From positions 4,836,001 to 4,900,000 of the forward strand of contig CM102289.1 in the NCBI GenBank assembly GCA_046563655.1: a stretch of 64,000 nt of DNA, in the 5' to 3' direction. The position numbers and the translations under genes are program-made. Shown here in pieces: positions 14,401-33,313 of this stretch (within the stretch, counting starts at the first letter, position 1; each line of letters starts with the position of its first letter). The notes under the pieces were generated by a model. The model worked only from the letters and a program-made list of their open reading frames with translations. It had not been told where the DNA came from and did not search any database. This DNA comes from Yuukianura sp. NJ FZ-2021 (taxonomy: Eukaryota).

Positions 14401-15374
14401 GATTTTCTCCCGTGGTTAACAATTTTTTCTTTTTCAACCGATCAAGAAACGCCAAAGGCATCTTTGAACAAATTCGGCATCTAGTTTAAGCCAAGCAAGA
14501 AAATGTGGTACAGGTACAGAAATACTCCAAATTCCGGTTGCGCTAAAAGTATCAGCTGATAAATTAGCAAATGCCAACTGAATTAACGTGGTTTCAAGTT
14601 ATAATTTTGTAAATATTGACTTGGTTAGTAAATATTTACTTAAATATAGTGCCAATTTTTGGTAAATATTTCAAATGTATATTTTGAGGGTTTTTAGTAA
14701 ATATTTTTTGCAGCCCTGCTGATTAGGAAGGTTGAAATGGTCTGGGGCGAAGCCCAAGAAGATTGCGAAGTATTGTGGTACTAAATTACAATCTCACCCA
14801 AATTTTTGGAGAGTGAGTACTCCTTAAACTGTGGGTGGTCTGGATAGCGGTTCGACCAATCAGGAGAATCGATTACTTCCTTAATTAACGTTGGATCTTC
14901 AGTTACCACTATAGAAATAAATTTAACATTAAATAAATTTTTGAATTTAAATAAAGTGTTAAATAAAGTTTAAAAAAATAGTTTCCTGCTGCAGCTCCAT
15001 CGTCACTGGCTTTAATAGTTGAGTTTTTTTTTAATTTGCGTTATTTTAACTTACTCAATTTATGAACACAGGTTCCAGCGAACACTGTTTTTCCATATTT
15101 TTTGCACATGCGCTGCAGACGCTGATAGTGTGAACCATTTAGTCCGGCAGCAAATGCCAATTGAAGTGTACTGCCAATAATTGGTAACTTGTACGGACCT
15201 AAAACATGTAACTAAAAATGTGATAAGATTTAACAACATTTGTACAATGTTCCAAAATCGTGACGTACCTGGAACATAATTGTGACGTTTGCGCTCAACT
15301 TCTGTTTTCCAAACATACCAAATTGTGTAAATAAAACAAAGAATTCCTCCTCCGCCAATTAGAAATTGCAACAT
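11495..15374 (-). CDS. Cytochrome P450, CYP2 clan-like
   Basis: N-terminal TM anchor, GLVWSSGE..RQMRKF, I-helix DLLFGGLDTTS, K-helix EVLR, FRPERF and heme motif PFGGGKRHCPG. TGA at 11495-11497. Confidence 0.88.
14217..14718. mobile_element. hAT-type MITE in a P450 intron
   Basis: TIRs CAGGTCTGCAAAAAATATTT / AAATATTTTTTGCAGCCCTG; perfect 8-bp TSD CTGATTAG at 14209-14216 and 14719-14726. Confidence 0.85.
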
Positions 15375-16935
15375 GACCTTTTAAAATTAGCTAAAAATTT
15401 GAGTAAAACTGGTCTACGAAAGAAGCTAAAAAAGCTTTTACACTAGCACAGCGTACGGTAGCAATTTGGCAAACTTGGGGCTTTTGGTAATGAAATGACA
15501 AGCAAGAGAGAAAGCAAAATATTGAACTAAATGAAACCGTACTTCTTATATATGTAGCAGGTATTTTAGGTACCTACAATTCCAACTTTTACCGGAAATT
15601 GAAATTTGCCATTTCGTCGCCGCGATTTGATCTCTTGATATGCATTGTCTTTATTGTTTCATCTGATTTAGTTTTTTGCACCATATTTTTTTTTCAACTC
15701 ATCATTCCCAAAATAAATAGGTGGTTCACCCAACGATTCAAATCATAAGTCAAGTTTTTAAATACTGTTTGTAACGGCTCAAGACATCCGAGTCTTGTGA
15801 GAGTCGAGCTAATTAAGTTATCTCGTTTCTTTGTCACCAATTCAATAGTGTGTTCTGAGGTAATTAGAAATGTAATTAAGGTGTGATTTTCTTTTGTGAA
15901 TTTTTAGTTTAGATCTTAACTTCACCTAACCTAATTAGCCTAAATTTAAACCTAGATTAATTGCTCTATTCTTAATAAATATACATCTGAACCTTGTTTT
16001 AGCTTTATTTAATGAGACATGATGTACCATTCACATCAAAGTCACATTTTTCTTATAAAGTAGCAAAAGTAGTCTACTACTGTATGTTTTCCGCTGTATT
16101 TGTCTGTCCGCCTGCTTGTGACTAACTCTATAGCCATACTTCCCCCTGAACGAATTTTAAATGTATGCAAATATAATTTCACAAGGTAGGGCGTAATTAT
16201 TCGGTTTCCAGTTCTAAGTTCTACCGTTAGTTTACACTTTTAGTTTACTCATTACTCCTAGGTCAAAGGTCGCCTCTATTTTGAGTAATTGAGTTTGAGT
16301 AACCCATGTGAAAATTGAAATCCAACCAAAATATGGCGGAGGACTTTAGACGAGTTACACTTACACATGAATACGGAAATGAGCAGAGTTTTGAATCAGA
16401 AGTTGGCACAAGTTCTGAGTTCGATGTCCAATTCACTGTTCTTTATCATTTTCATGTCCATAAACAAGCTCTAAAAACGCTTCGGCTTCGTATTACCTAC
16501 CGGCTGAATCTGAAATCCGTGTTTTAGGGAGACTCTACTATTTTCCTTCTGATTTTGATTTTAGGTTGTTTATGTTTTTACAAGTTTTCTTTTTATAAAA
16601 ATATAACAGATGAGTCAATAATTAATCAAGTTTAAAGGTTGTTTTTCTTGAAGCTAAAAGTATTCTAAAAGGTTATTTGGAAAATTCGACAGTTGCAATT
16701 ACAAATCGTCATCGTCCCGTGCCCTTTCCATAACACCAAGGACAAGGAGTAATCGGTATCCTCTTTACTGGCTGGGCTGGGCAAGAGGTCGCGACGAGGA
16801 CGACCGCCTCGTGTACCTACTATTGGTAGGTCAAGGTCAGGAGATCGTCTCGTCGACGTCAGTCACGGTCTTCGGCAGATAATACAGCAAATGACAAGCA
16901 GAACGTTTATATCAAATGAGCAAGAATAATATAAC

Positions 16936-17690
16936 ATGGCGATGGCTGAGATGGACCATATTTACTCTGAATACATTCGAGGAATTCTTTTGAATGATAT
17001 TCTGGAAACAGAACTTCAGTCTTTGATTTCGGTAAGTCACTGCTGTCAACTGCGTTTTTACTGTCTCCTTTCCTTTAATTTCTCACCTCAGGTTTATTTA
17101 TTTCTAGGCAAATTCTGCAACCAATCTGCAAAGCATAGCTGATAATCTAGTGACAGAATCTGTTGACGATACGTTTCATCTCATGAATTCCGAAATTCTT
17201 GCACTGGCCGAAGATATAGAAAGGATGGAGAGTTTACAAGAGAATTTAATCGAGATGATCCCCAGAATCATGTCATTGTCATGGATGGTTGCCCTCAATC
17301 AGATTCAACATCTCCTTCACCAAAGAACGTCAACGATTCCAGTTGAAAATGGAGCTTGTGGTAACATGGATATTTGTGGTCTCATCCAATCCAGTGATAC
17401 TACAAACGAACGCGACGACTCTCCAACGGTGTACAACCTCAAGGGCTTAGAAGAATCATATCAGCTACTTGAGACTTTCGATTTGTGCTGTTCAGGGTAA
17501 GGGGTACTTTTTGTCACTTACCATTCGTTACAGCTTCCTTGTGTAGCTAGTTGTGAACGTTCAACTTAAGTGTTGGTTTCTTTAAATTACAGGGCACGCA
17601 CAACTGCTAGAGATATGAACAAAACACTACTCAAATGTATTTCGTCTATCATTTCGAGGGTGACTAAAGGCAGCATGCGGTACGGTTAAC
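16936..17690 (+). other. Hypothetical spliced ORF or decayed gene
   Basis: ORFs 16936-17142 and 17150-17500 can be joined by a GT-AG intron. The upstream same-frame sequence (containing RRGRPP) is interrupted by TAA at 16927-16929. No family recognised. Confidence 0.3.
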
Positions 17691-18431
17691 CCGTTTCAAA
17701 TTGATGTCGACAGTGGATAGAGTTATTTAGTCGATCTAAGATGATAAAGGACAGTTTTTTAGAGTTAAATGGAAAAAATCCGCAACACGGGTAAAACGGT
17801 TGCCTGTTCCGAAAAAAAAGCATTTAGTACTAATTTCATTATTTGATTCGAGAGGTTGGTATCTCCTCTTTCCATTTTCCAAGTCATTTTTGCTTCCGAA
17901 ATAAAAAAAAACGATATCAAACTTATTTTGGTTGAAAGTCTTCCCAGATTCATTAATTGGTAGTTTTAAAATATGAATCGGTTGGTTGAATTGAATTTTG
18001 AATTGTTTATAGTGTATGCGTCATTTTCATATGAATCTGGAACTGCTGCCACCATCTATGGAGAGTGGGGTCAGTTGAGTGAAAGTGTTTTCGAAACAGT
18101 AGAATAAATGATTTGGACTCTTTTTGACTAAGGACTCATACGTGTTGACGTAAAGTTTTATTAGAGTCATTGTAATAGTCGCTCAAAGTTACCACTTTAT
18201 TGCCACAACAGATACACATACTATGTGCAACTTATGTTGCATTGCAACAGATTTGGTTTTTTTTATTCTAATAAAACTAAAAATGGCTACACAAGTTGCT
18301 GTCCAAGCGTGTCCACAATAGCTGTACTGCGCGGCTACAATGATGCTTGCTATACCTTCCGTCAACCATAATTTGTGCTTCAACCGTGGTGCTCAACTGA
18401 GGGATGGTTTTCCCATTCTGTAACCTGCCAT

Positions 18432-18447
18432 ACCTCTTTTCCTTTCC
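18432..18447 (+). promoter_or_regulatory. Polypyrimidine TCT/5'TOP start site of RpL40
   Basis: CCTCTTTTCCTTTCC about 120 nt upstream of a ribosomal protein ATG; typical of ribosomal protein gene initiators. Confidence 0.6.
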
Positions 18448-18557
18448 ACGTCGGGAATAGAATAAGTCTGTTTTTAGCAGATCCGAATTTAGTTGGATTG
18501 ATTTAGCGTTAATCGATCAGTTATTAATCGAAAAGGAACACTGTTCCTTCTAATTAA

Positions 18558-19105
<548 letters not shown>

Positions 19106-19771
19106 ATTCGGACGCGGAAGAAGGCCAGGAGACAAGGCGAACATTCGTTTTATGTTTCATATTTGTAATATCTTCCCTTGGTTTCCATTTCTGGTGACTA
19201 CAATAAATCATTCTGATCTACAGAGGTACCAACGTTTGTCTAGTAATACACACTGTGCAATTTTGTTGAACGCTAGCGTGTAGGTACTAACTTTTCCAGC
19301 CCATCTATTAATAGGCGTTTCCCTTCAGTTTCTTTTTGCATAGCGTTGGTAAGGTGCGGAGTTGACGTAACCTAAACCTTCACCTGGGAAGCTTTTCCGT
19401 TTTCGCAAAATTGTCACCATCTTTTTTAATTATGTCATTTCTAGTTACTAACTACAAACTTCTGGAAGGAAGTTTTAAGTTCTAGAAGTTTAATGTTTAA
19501 GACTTTTAGAAGTCGTCAATTAGTGCCGACAGTAATGATTTGTTTCCCAACTGCGTGGAGCTAGTACGTCAACGTTCTTGTTACTCTGCTATCTGCCTGT
19601 CCGGGTAGCTTTTACACCGACGGACTTCTTGTTTACATTTTAAATCAAAAGAAAGAGTTAGATGGTAGAGGATAAAATTTCGAAAGAGTGGATAAATCTT
19701 TGAAAGTGCTTTACATTTACTTTATTTATTTATTAGTGTTACCTTTTCTAATTTTAGGAATTACATCGTAA

Positions 19772-20594
19772 ATGGAATCTTCGAAGGCAGAGAAATTGAA
19801 GCAAATGCTCTTGAAGAAGAAGGAATGTGACCGGATAGCAATGGATGTCGTAACGCATCTTATTGATCCCAACGTTGACAAGGAGTATTTACTGCAAAAG
19901 GTATTGCAGTCGTCTGCTTTACTTCAGTGTTACCAACTCAACTCCGAAACGCTAATACTAAGATTTCCGTAGCTAACATTTGGATTCCAATATGTATAAA
20001 CCATACGTTTGCAGATGCACTAACGTATGGTTCAGTTTATAACTTTGTGTTGCTCTTTATGTCGCGGAATTACGAATACGGTTTAATTTTTGGGGTTACA
20101 TGTTGCAGGGTGGGCTGATACATCCATCGCATTGGGACGACATCGTAGAAGAGAGGAGAATCACTGGAACCTGTGGCTGGGTCCTTTGTGCTGAGCGTCT
20201 TTCCACACCTCCTAAGCAGAAATATATCATTCGAAGGAACAAAGTGCTGGATATAACGGAAAGAAAGGTACGGAAGGAAATATCAAATGATTTATGACGA
20301 GGAAGCAATGTTCAACTTGTAAATTATTTATAGAGTTACTGCAGTTCCCAGTGCTATGGAGCGTCTCAGCACTTCCGAAGACAAATTCCCGATTCACCTC
20401 TTTGGCTCAGAGACGAAGAACCTTCACCCGTCATGGAGTTGGTTGAAGAAAGTTCAAAAGCTAAGGTGTCCCTGGATGGGCTGGAAGTAAGGCTGACCAC
20501 GCTAGATCTTGCCTCATCGTCCTCGTCCGATTCAGATTCCGACGCTGAACGTAAGACGAAACAAGATATGTCTAACCGTGTTGAGGATAATTGA
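19772..20594 (+). CDS. RPAP2: RNA polymerase II CTD phosphatase RPAP2/Rtr1 family (short form)
   Basis: DDIVEERRITGTCGWVLC...KYIIRRNKVLDITERK|SYCSSQCYGASQHFRRQIPDSPLWLR, the Rtr1/RPAP2 zinc-finger signature. Confidence 0.85.
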
Positions 20595-20989
20595 CAAATT
20601 ATTATGATTTGTTTCTAAGTTTTAGTTTCTGTGGATCTTTGTTTCGCGAATAACGTTCGTTTCGTAATAGTAATTCGTTTTCCAAATGTTTTTAAAAATC
20701 GAATTTATTTTTTGGTTAGGTATGTATTTCTTTGTATAATGATTGTATTTAAAAGTGTATCACAAAGGCCCAAAAGTAAACCTTCACGAAAAGTAGGAAA
20801 AGCGATTTTGGTTCTAAAGAAGCTTAATGTTATAGTTTATGTTTGGTTAGGATTAGGATGCATCAAAATTTCAATTTTTAGTAGCTCAAAGTTATTGGTT
20901 TAGTTGAAAGTTGGATATTCAGTATTCCTGGGAATTAGGGGAGCAGAATCTCGAAATTGGATAAGTGAAAGTGAAATGTCTGATTATCT

Positions 20990-24787
<3,798 letters not shown>

Positions 24788-26257
24788 ATTGACGATTTGA
24801 AGTTAACTTGTGATGAAGAATTATACAAAGTAGTTAAGTTTTAGATTTTGAACGAATTCAACGTTTAAGCTGACTTCAGTTGCAATTTCGCTGCTGTTCC
24901 TCCCTGTTCAGAAGCTGAAGACGAACTGAAGCAATTGAATTTTGTAAAGGAACTTTGATTGTTTGGTCCACGAGAGGAGCGTCAGCAGTGTCCTCCCATG
25001 TCCCTTATCTACGATAAACAAAAATCAGTTTAGACACAACGAACAATGAATTTACTTATAGCCCGAAGTCAGCTTCATTTCTATTTTAGAAAAACCATTG
25101 TCTAAAAGTCTAAACAAAAGCGTTCACAACAATATTTGTGGTTCAAAATAAAACGTAACTAGAACAAGAATTTAACCCACGTTTTTGGATTTCCCAAAGT
25201 CTTAAGGATAGAAACATTGCCTTGCTAGGATTAGACGTTTAACTGTCACTCGGACCATACGTCAGTGCCATTTTATCTATCACGTGAGGTGCCCCACTTG
25301 TCAAAATCTTGTCCATAATCCTCCCGTAATCTCGGCATTTCTATTTAACGGGTAGTAGATTACCGTTCAAATGACGTTCATTTTACACGTAACCTTTGAA
25401 ACTTACGTTTATTAAAATGTTTTAATGATGAAACCAACAACGCCATCAACACACTAAACTACTTTCAGACCGCAAATACTAATTGATTCTACAACATGCA
25501 TGGCGTTTGCGATTGCTGACGCAATTCTTCGATCTTGATTCTTTATGTGTTGCAGCATGAACTTGTTCAAAACCCACTATTTTGAAGTTCAAAAATCCAT
25601 TTTTGGAATCCATTTTTGCTTCGTTTCGTTGCATTGACATTGACATACGATCCCAATAATTTACTGCTTATTTTTGTCGACAAAAAATATTAGACAGGAC
25701 TTGGATACTCAATCCAACTAGTCAACAACATTCCGAATTTAAAGTGAAAAGACGCTGGAAGTGAAAGTGCAACAATGGATTCTGATTTGCACATAACAAA
25801 TATGATTTTCATAAAACAAAATATGAAGATGTACATAGAATTTTGATTCTATATAGTACGCATAGAATTGAATCGTAAAATTGAATTTGAATACATTTTG
25901 TAAATCGATTATTTGGCTTCTCTTTAGGAATTACTTTCTTCTGTTCCTAAGTCGAAATTTTGTACGTACTCCACCACTTTGATTTTACAATTCAACAGCA
26001 GGTATTTAAATGTAAAATCAAAGTGGTTGGAGACCGTACATTTCGATGTCGAAATCCTTGAGTTGTGTAGCCTAGTTTTTGTTGCAGACTTGCAGATGCT
26101 GCCAATGTCTTTTGTTCCTTGATTGCTTTAAGTTAATGCTGCCTAATAACTAAATCACGAATTAGAATTTTAAAATTAACTGCCGATGAAAAACGTTGCC
26201 GCCATTATCAGCGTTGTAGTTTCGCGCCCTTAGGGAATACATTGCAAAACGAAAAAG

Positions 26258-26513
26258 GGTTCCATGCCATTGTTTCAAATGAATTGTTTCAAATACGAAA
26301 TGTTTCAAAAAAAAATTGTTTCAAAAACCTAATTTTCATATCTAAACCTAACCTAACCTAACCTAAAATTACATAACTAACCTAAACTTAATTATTTTAA
26401 TCCAAATTAACCTAATCTAAGCCGTAAACCCTAAACAACTGGTGTTTTGAAAAAATTTTTTTTTGAAACAATTCGTATTTGAAACAATTCATTTGAAACA
26501 ATGGCGTGCTCCC
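26258..26513. mobile_element. MITE with long TIRs and 9-bp TSD (Mutator-like)
   Basis: About 60-70 bp inverted arms built of TGTTTCAAA / TTTGAAACA repeats; flanks ACGAAAAAG at 26249-26257 and 26514-26522; internal (AACCT)n. Confidence 0.75.
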
Positions 26514-27782
26514 ACGAAAAAGAAACTTTAAAAAACGGGATAATATCTTTAGTTGAAACGAAACTTATTCACACCTAAAATATTTTCTTTTTTTTAAATA
26601 AACGCTAGTCCTGTGGATGAAAAAGATGTTTACAAAATGGACTTACGAAACGATAGCCACACAATAGGGATTGAGAGAAAGAAATTAAATCGATGTCAGT
26701 GTCACCCAATTGTTTCACCATCACCATAAAACTAAACTTGCATTAAATGAATTCACACTTTTCATGATTTATGATTTACAATTCGCCGAGCACCAGTGGA
26801 ACACTATTTGTCAATTTAGGTGTGAAAGTGCCGGACTTTGCAAATTACCCGGGTTTCCAAGTGAGTCTGTGCTATAGTGTTCCGCTGTAGCCAAAATAGT
26901 CTGAAAGAGCTAGGGTTACTAGTTCGTAAGCAAAAAAATAATCAATAACCGCACGAATTAATATGAACGTGTATGTTATAAGTAAATTTTATACCAAATG
27001 CCGAGGAGTTGCTAAATGGAAAGCAAAAAAAAATGGTTCCAATCCACAATTGGCTACATGATTAAGTTTACTAATTAAAGTCAAATTGTGGTTTAGAAAA
27101 ATTTAACAGAAGTCGTTTAACCTTGAGACAACTAATTTAACAAACGGAACGCTATTTTGGCATCTGCTTCCTGAACATGAAATGGTGCATATCCGTTTGC
27201 ATACCACGACCACTGTAAGAACGAGTATCTGATGTATTTAAACAAATTATTTCTAAAAAGAATCAATTAACTAATACACTTATCTACGCTTTAACCAAAA
27301 TAATTCTTTAGGATCTCATCTACTTCTAAAAATTTGAAATCCAAAAAAAAAAAAAAATACGGCCTGTGGGAAGCGAACCTCCCAGAGTTCAGAATTGTGT
27401 AAGTCAAGAGCTCACAGGCCTACTTTCCGTCTTGAAGAGTTAAAGACTTGAATCTGTAACTGAATCGAAAACAACCATATCTGCTTTCTATTTTCGAAAA
27501 AATTTTGTAAGCCAATGTCAACGTCAACATCAAGTTGTAAGCGCCACCAATACCACATACCAGGAGTCGAAGCTGTCTTACCAACTTGCCATTCTTCCGT
27601 CAGATGTAGCGAAACTTACTTCATAGAATTCACAAATAAAATGAAATTGAGAAAGTAATGGATTTACTTACATTTTTCCGAAAAAGTGTTTTGCCAATTG
27701 AAGTGAAGTTGAACATAAAGCTTATAATAAATTATGTTTTAACTTAATTCAATTAAGTAAGTTCAAGCAGCCATGGACAGGG

Positions 27783-28230
27783 TCAATTGGCCGAAGGAGA
27801 ATCAATGGACATGTCTATTAAATCTACATCATCTCCGGAGACATTTTCGGCTTGAGTTGGCGTGGCAACGGTCACTGGAGCATGCGACGCAGCTGAAGGA
27901 CGTGCTTGGGTTGACGTGGATCCTGTACCTCCAGTCTGCGCATTACGACGAGAACCTACGATAACAATTTTTTTTAAATAAACATTTGAAAGTTGAAGTC
28001 TTTTGAAAAGTGTAATTTTTAAAATGACCAGTAGCGGTGGAAGCAGTTGAAGGTCGAGAGGTGGTTGTCCCTTGGAATCCACTTCGCTCTTGTCGGATTA
28101 ATTTTTTGGCTTCCTCAATTCCCGTGCAAGCAGCTAGAATTGCTTTCCGTCGATCAGCCTTTTGTACAAATTCAATTTCCTGCATATCTTCTAGCTTCAA
28201 CTCAATCCTCGTAGGACTTCGACGAATCAT
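27783..28230 (-). CDS. CDC26: Anaphase-promoting complex subunit CDC26
   Basis: N-terminus MIRRSPTRIELKLEDMQE matches the CDC26 signature MLRRKPTRLELKLDD; low-complexity tail; head-to-head with SYF2. Confidence 0.8.
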
Positions 28231-28544
28231 AATGCTGTAGTTTAACAAAAACAAATAGCTTTTCAACAATTAGCCATGCAGTAGTTCGGCAAAAAATTAA
28301 CCTAACCTAACTCAATACTGAAATTCATAAAAGTTTCGCATAGATAAGGAAATGTCTTCGCGTGCTCCACTCAAAGCCCATTTCACAGCGCGAAATTTTG
28401 GGTTTGAATTCAGAGAGATTGAAAGAAAATACGCAAATGATAAATGAAATTCAAACTTTAACATTTTTTGCATTTTGAATTGCCTGGTTCTGTTCAGTGC
28501 GTAATTAATCAGTGATTTCTTATCCTTACTTAAATCGATTCAAG

Positions 28545-30331
28545 ATGTCCGACGATGGGAAGGCTAAGCAGGCTGAAAGGATGAAACGGCTCAAGGAACT
28601 TCACTTGAAGAGGGTAATAAGCAAGCTCTAAACATTTACAAGATGCAGTTTAATGATTCAAATCGGTTGATTTTTCACGTTTCTTACCGTATGTCTGTTA
28701 GTCACTGATGATTTGTTTGTAACAGTCGCTTTTCTCGAACTATAATAATCGATAATCCAGAGATGGAAATGCGTTGCACACCATCAGCTGAAACTTACTC
28801 GGATTCTTTTGTTGTAATAGAATGAGGCGCGAAAGTTGAATCACCAAGAAGTTCTGGAGGAGGAACGAAGGGCTAAGCTGCCATCAAATATTGAAGCTCG
28901 TCAACGTCGTGCTCAATGGATTCTGGATGACGAAGAGAAACGTAAAAAATGTACTGACGAAGGATTGGATTACGATCGCATGAAGCTACTGTCTGCCCAA
29001 GCAGATGAAGAAGATAAACTTCAACGTCTTAGAGCCAAGAAACGAAATCCAGATCAAGGATTCAGCAACTACGAAGATGCGACTGTCCGTCAGCACAAAC
29101 GCCTCATTTCCAACTTCAAAGTGGACATGGTTGCCTATGAAAAAGAAAAGGAAGCTCTTGGCGAGGAGACATTTTATGCTGGTCCAGAGTTGTTATGCAA
29201 TAAAGTGAAATATTTCAGAAGTGAAATTTTCACTGAAATAAAGCGCAAAAAAGTGCAATGCAAAAAAAGGTTTGAGTGAAATTAACAACACCATCCTTTG
29301 TTGCACCTTTACTGCACTTTATTGCATTTTTTTCAATTTTGCACTTTTTTGCGTTTTTTTGCACTGCAATGCAAAAAAAGGTAACTGAAAAAAACGTTAG
29401 TGAAAAAAACTGATTTTTCTTGCTTCGCACACTATTTTCCGTTAAATCTTAACGACAAGTTATGCTTAACTGGATTACCGCATTAAAAATTATAGTTCCG
29501 GATGTCGCAGTTAGCTTTTCCACTCCTCCAAGACCGGGGAGACTTACATTCCTTACGTCGGTGTTTAGCCAATTCACCGATGAAATCAGAACTTATGCAC
29601 TAAAAAGGTCAATCTGAAGACTTTCAGATGTGCTTATGTACTGATATACCATTAATGTACTTCACTTAAAGTTAACATATATATGGTACATAAATATTAC
29701 ATACATTGGCATTGGCCGTATTTGACCTTCAGTGACCTCGGCCATGTCAGAGGTTAACATTCCGTTTACCCATTCGAAGCCCCCCTTTAGATAAACCAAA
29801 GAGGACCCCCTTATAGGCGGGAATTTGTTAATCCATTTACTGCTTACATAGCACCTACTAACCGGTTTATTTCACTTTTCATTTAATTTCAGTATTTTTC
29901 ATTTAATTTCATTTTTTGCGGGTGCAATGAAAAATAACCGAAGCAAGGTGCAAAATAACAACACCTTCCTTTGTTGCACCTTTATTGCATTTATTGCATT
30001 TTTTTCATTATTTGCACTTTTTTTCAGTTTTTTGCAGTGCAATGCAAAAAAAGCCCACTTGGTGCAATTTATACAACTCTGTGCTGGTCGGAACACGGTA
30101 GTTCAAGGAGCTCATAAGGATACACCAGAAGCAATCGATCGTATGGTGTCGGATTTGAATAAACAAGTGGAGAAGAGAGAGAAGTTCAGTCGTCGTCGTA
30201 TGCATAACACGGAAGCTGACATTGACTACATCAATGAAAGAAACATGAAATTCAACAAGAAGTTGGAACGATTTTATGGTCAGTACACGAATGATATCAA
30301 GCAGAACTTGGAGCGCGGAACAGCGATTTAG
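28545..30331 (+). CDS. SYF2: Pre-mRNA splicing factor SYF2, interrupted by a transposon in coding sequence
   Basis: [26 protein letters not shown]...[12 protein letters not shown]...[11 protein letters not shown]...[37 protein letters not shown]. Confidence 0.93.
29185..30081. mobile_element. Non-autonomous hAT-type element inserted in a SYF2 exon
   Basis: TIR CAGAGTTGT...ACAACTCTG; perfect 8-bp TSD TGCTGGTC at 29177-29184 and 30082-30089; internal direct repeat of about 100 bp (about 29283-29380 and 29955-30053). Confidence 0.88.
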
Positions 30332-30793
30332 ATAACTATCGCTGAATCCTCGAAAAGTATTTTCGTGCGTTTAAGTTGAATTCCGACTAAATTTTTATCA
30401 ATTTCCAACACGTACATTAGATAACCCTCGGCCGTACTTTTTTTTAGACTATTGTAAAATATTGATTGTTAGGTCGTAATTTTGGTGTTAGTGAAGTGGT
30501 TTTATTAAAACTGTTGCGCAATTCCACGTCCAAATGTACTGAGGACGTCATTCGATTGACCTTTTGTTAGAAATGAAGAAAAAACGCAAGTAATAACTGT
30601 CGTTCGTTTTAATTATACAGAAGAGAAATCTGTGTGTCGTGTTTTACATAAAATAATTTTTAAGTCTGGAGGGATAAAATATAACGTAAAAGTAAATATG
30701 GAATTTAAAGCACCCGAGCGATATAAATCAATGGTTCAGTTTCAGTATTACAAATGAAAGTTAAGCACCCCGCACGCACAGTTTGTTTAGTTT

Positions 30794-33313
<2,520 letters not shown>

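Noticed and set aside
26340..26430. True telomere or chromosome fusion site
   Set aside because: Only a few degenerate CCTAA units, and they lie inside a MITE.
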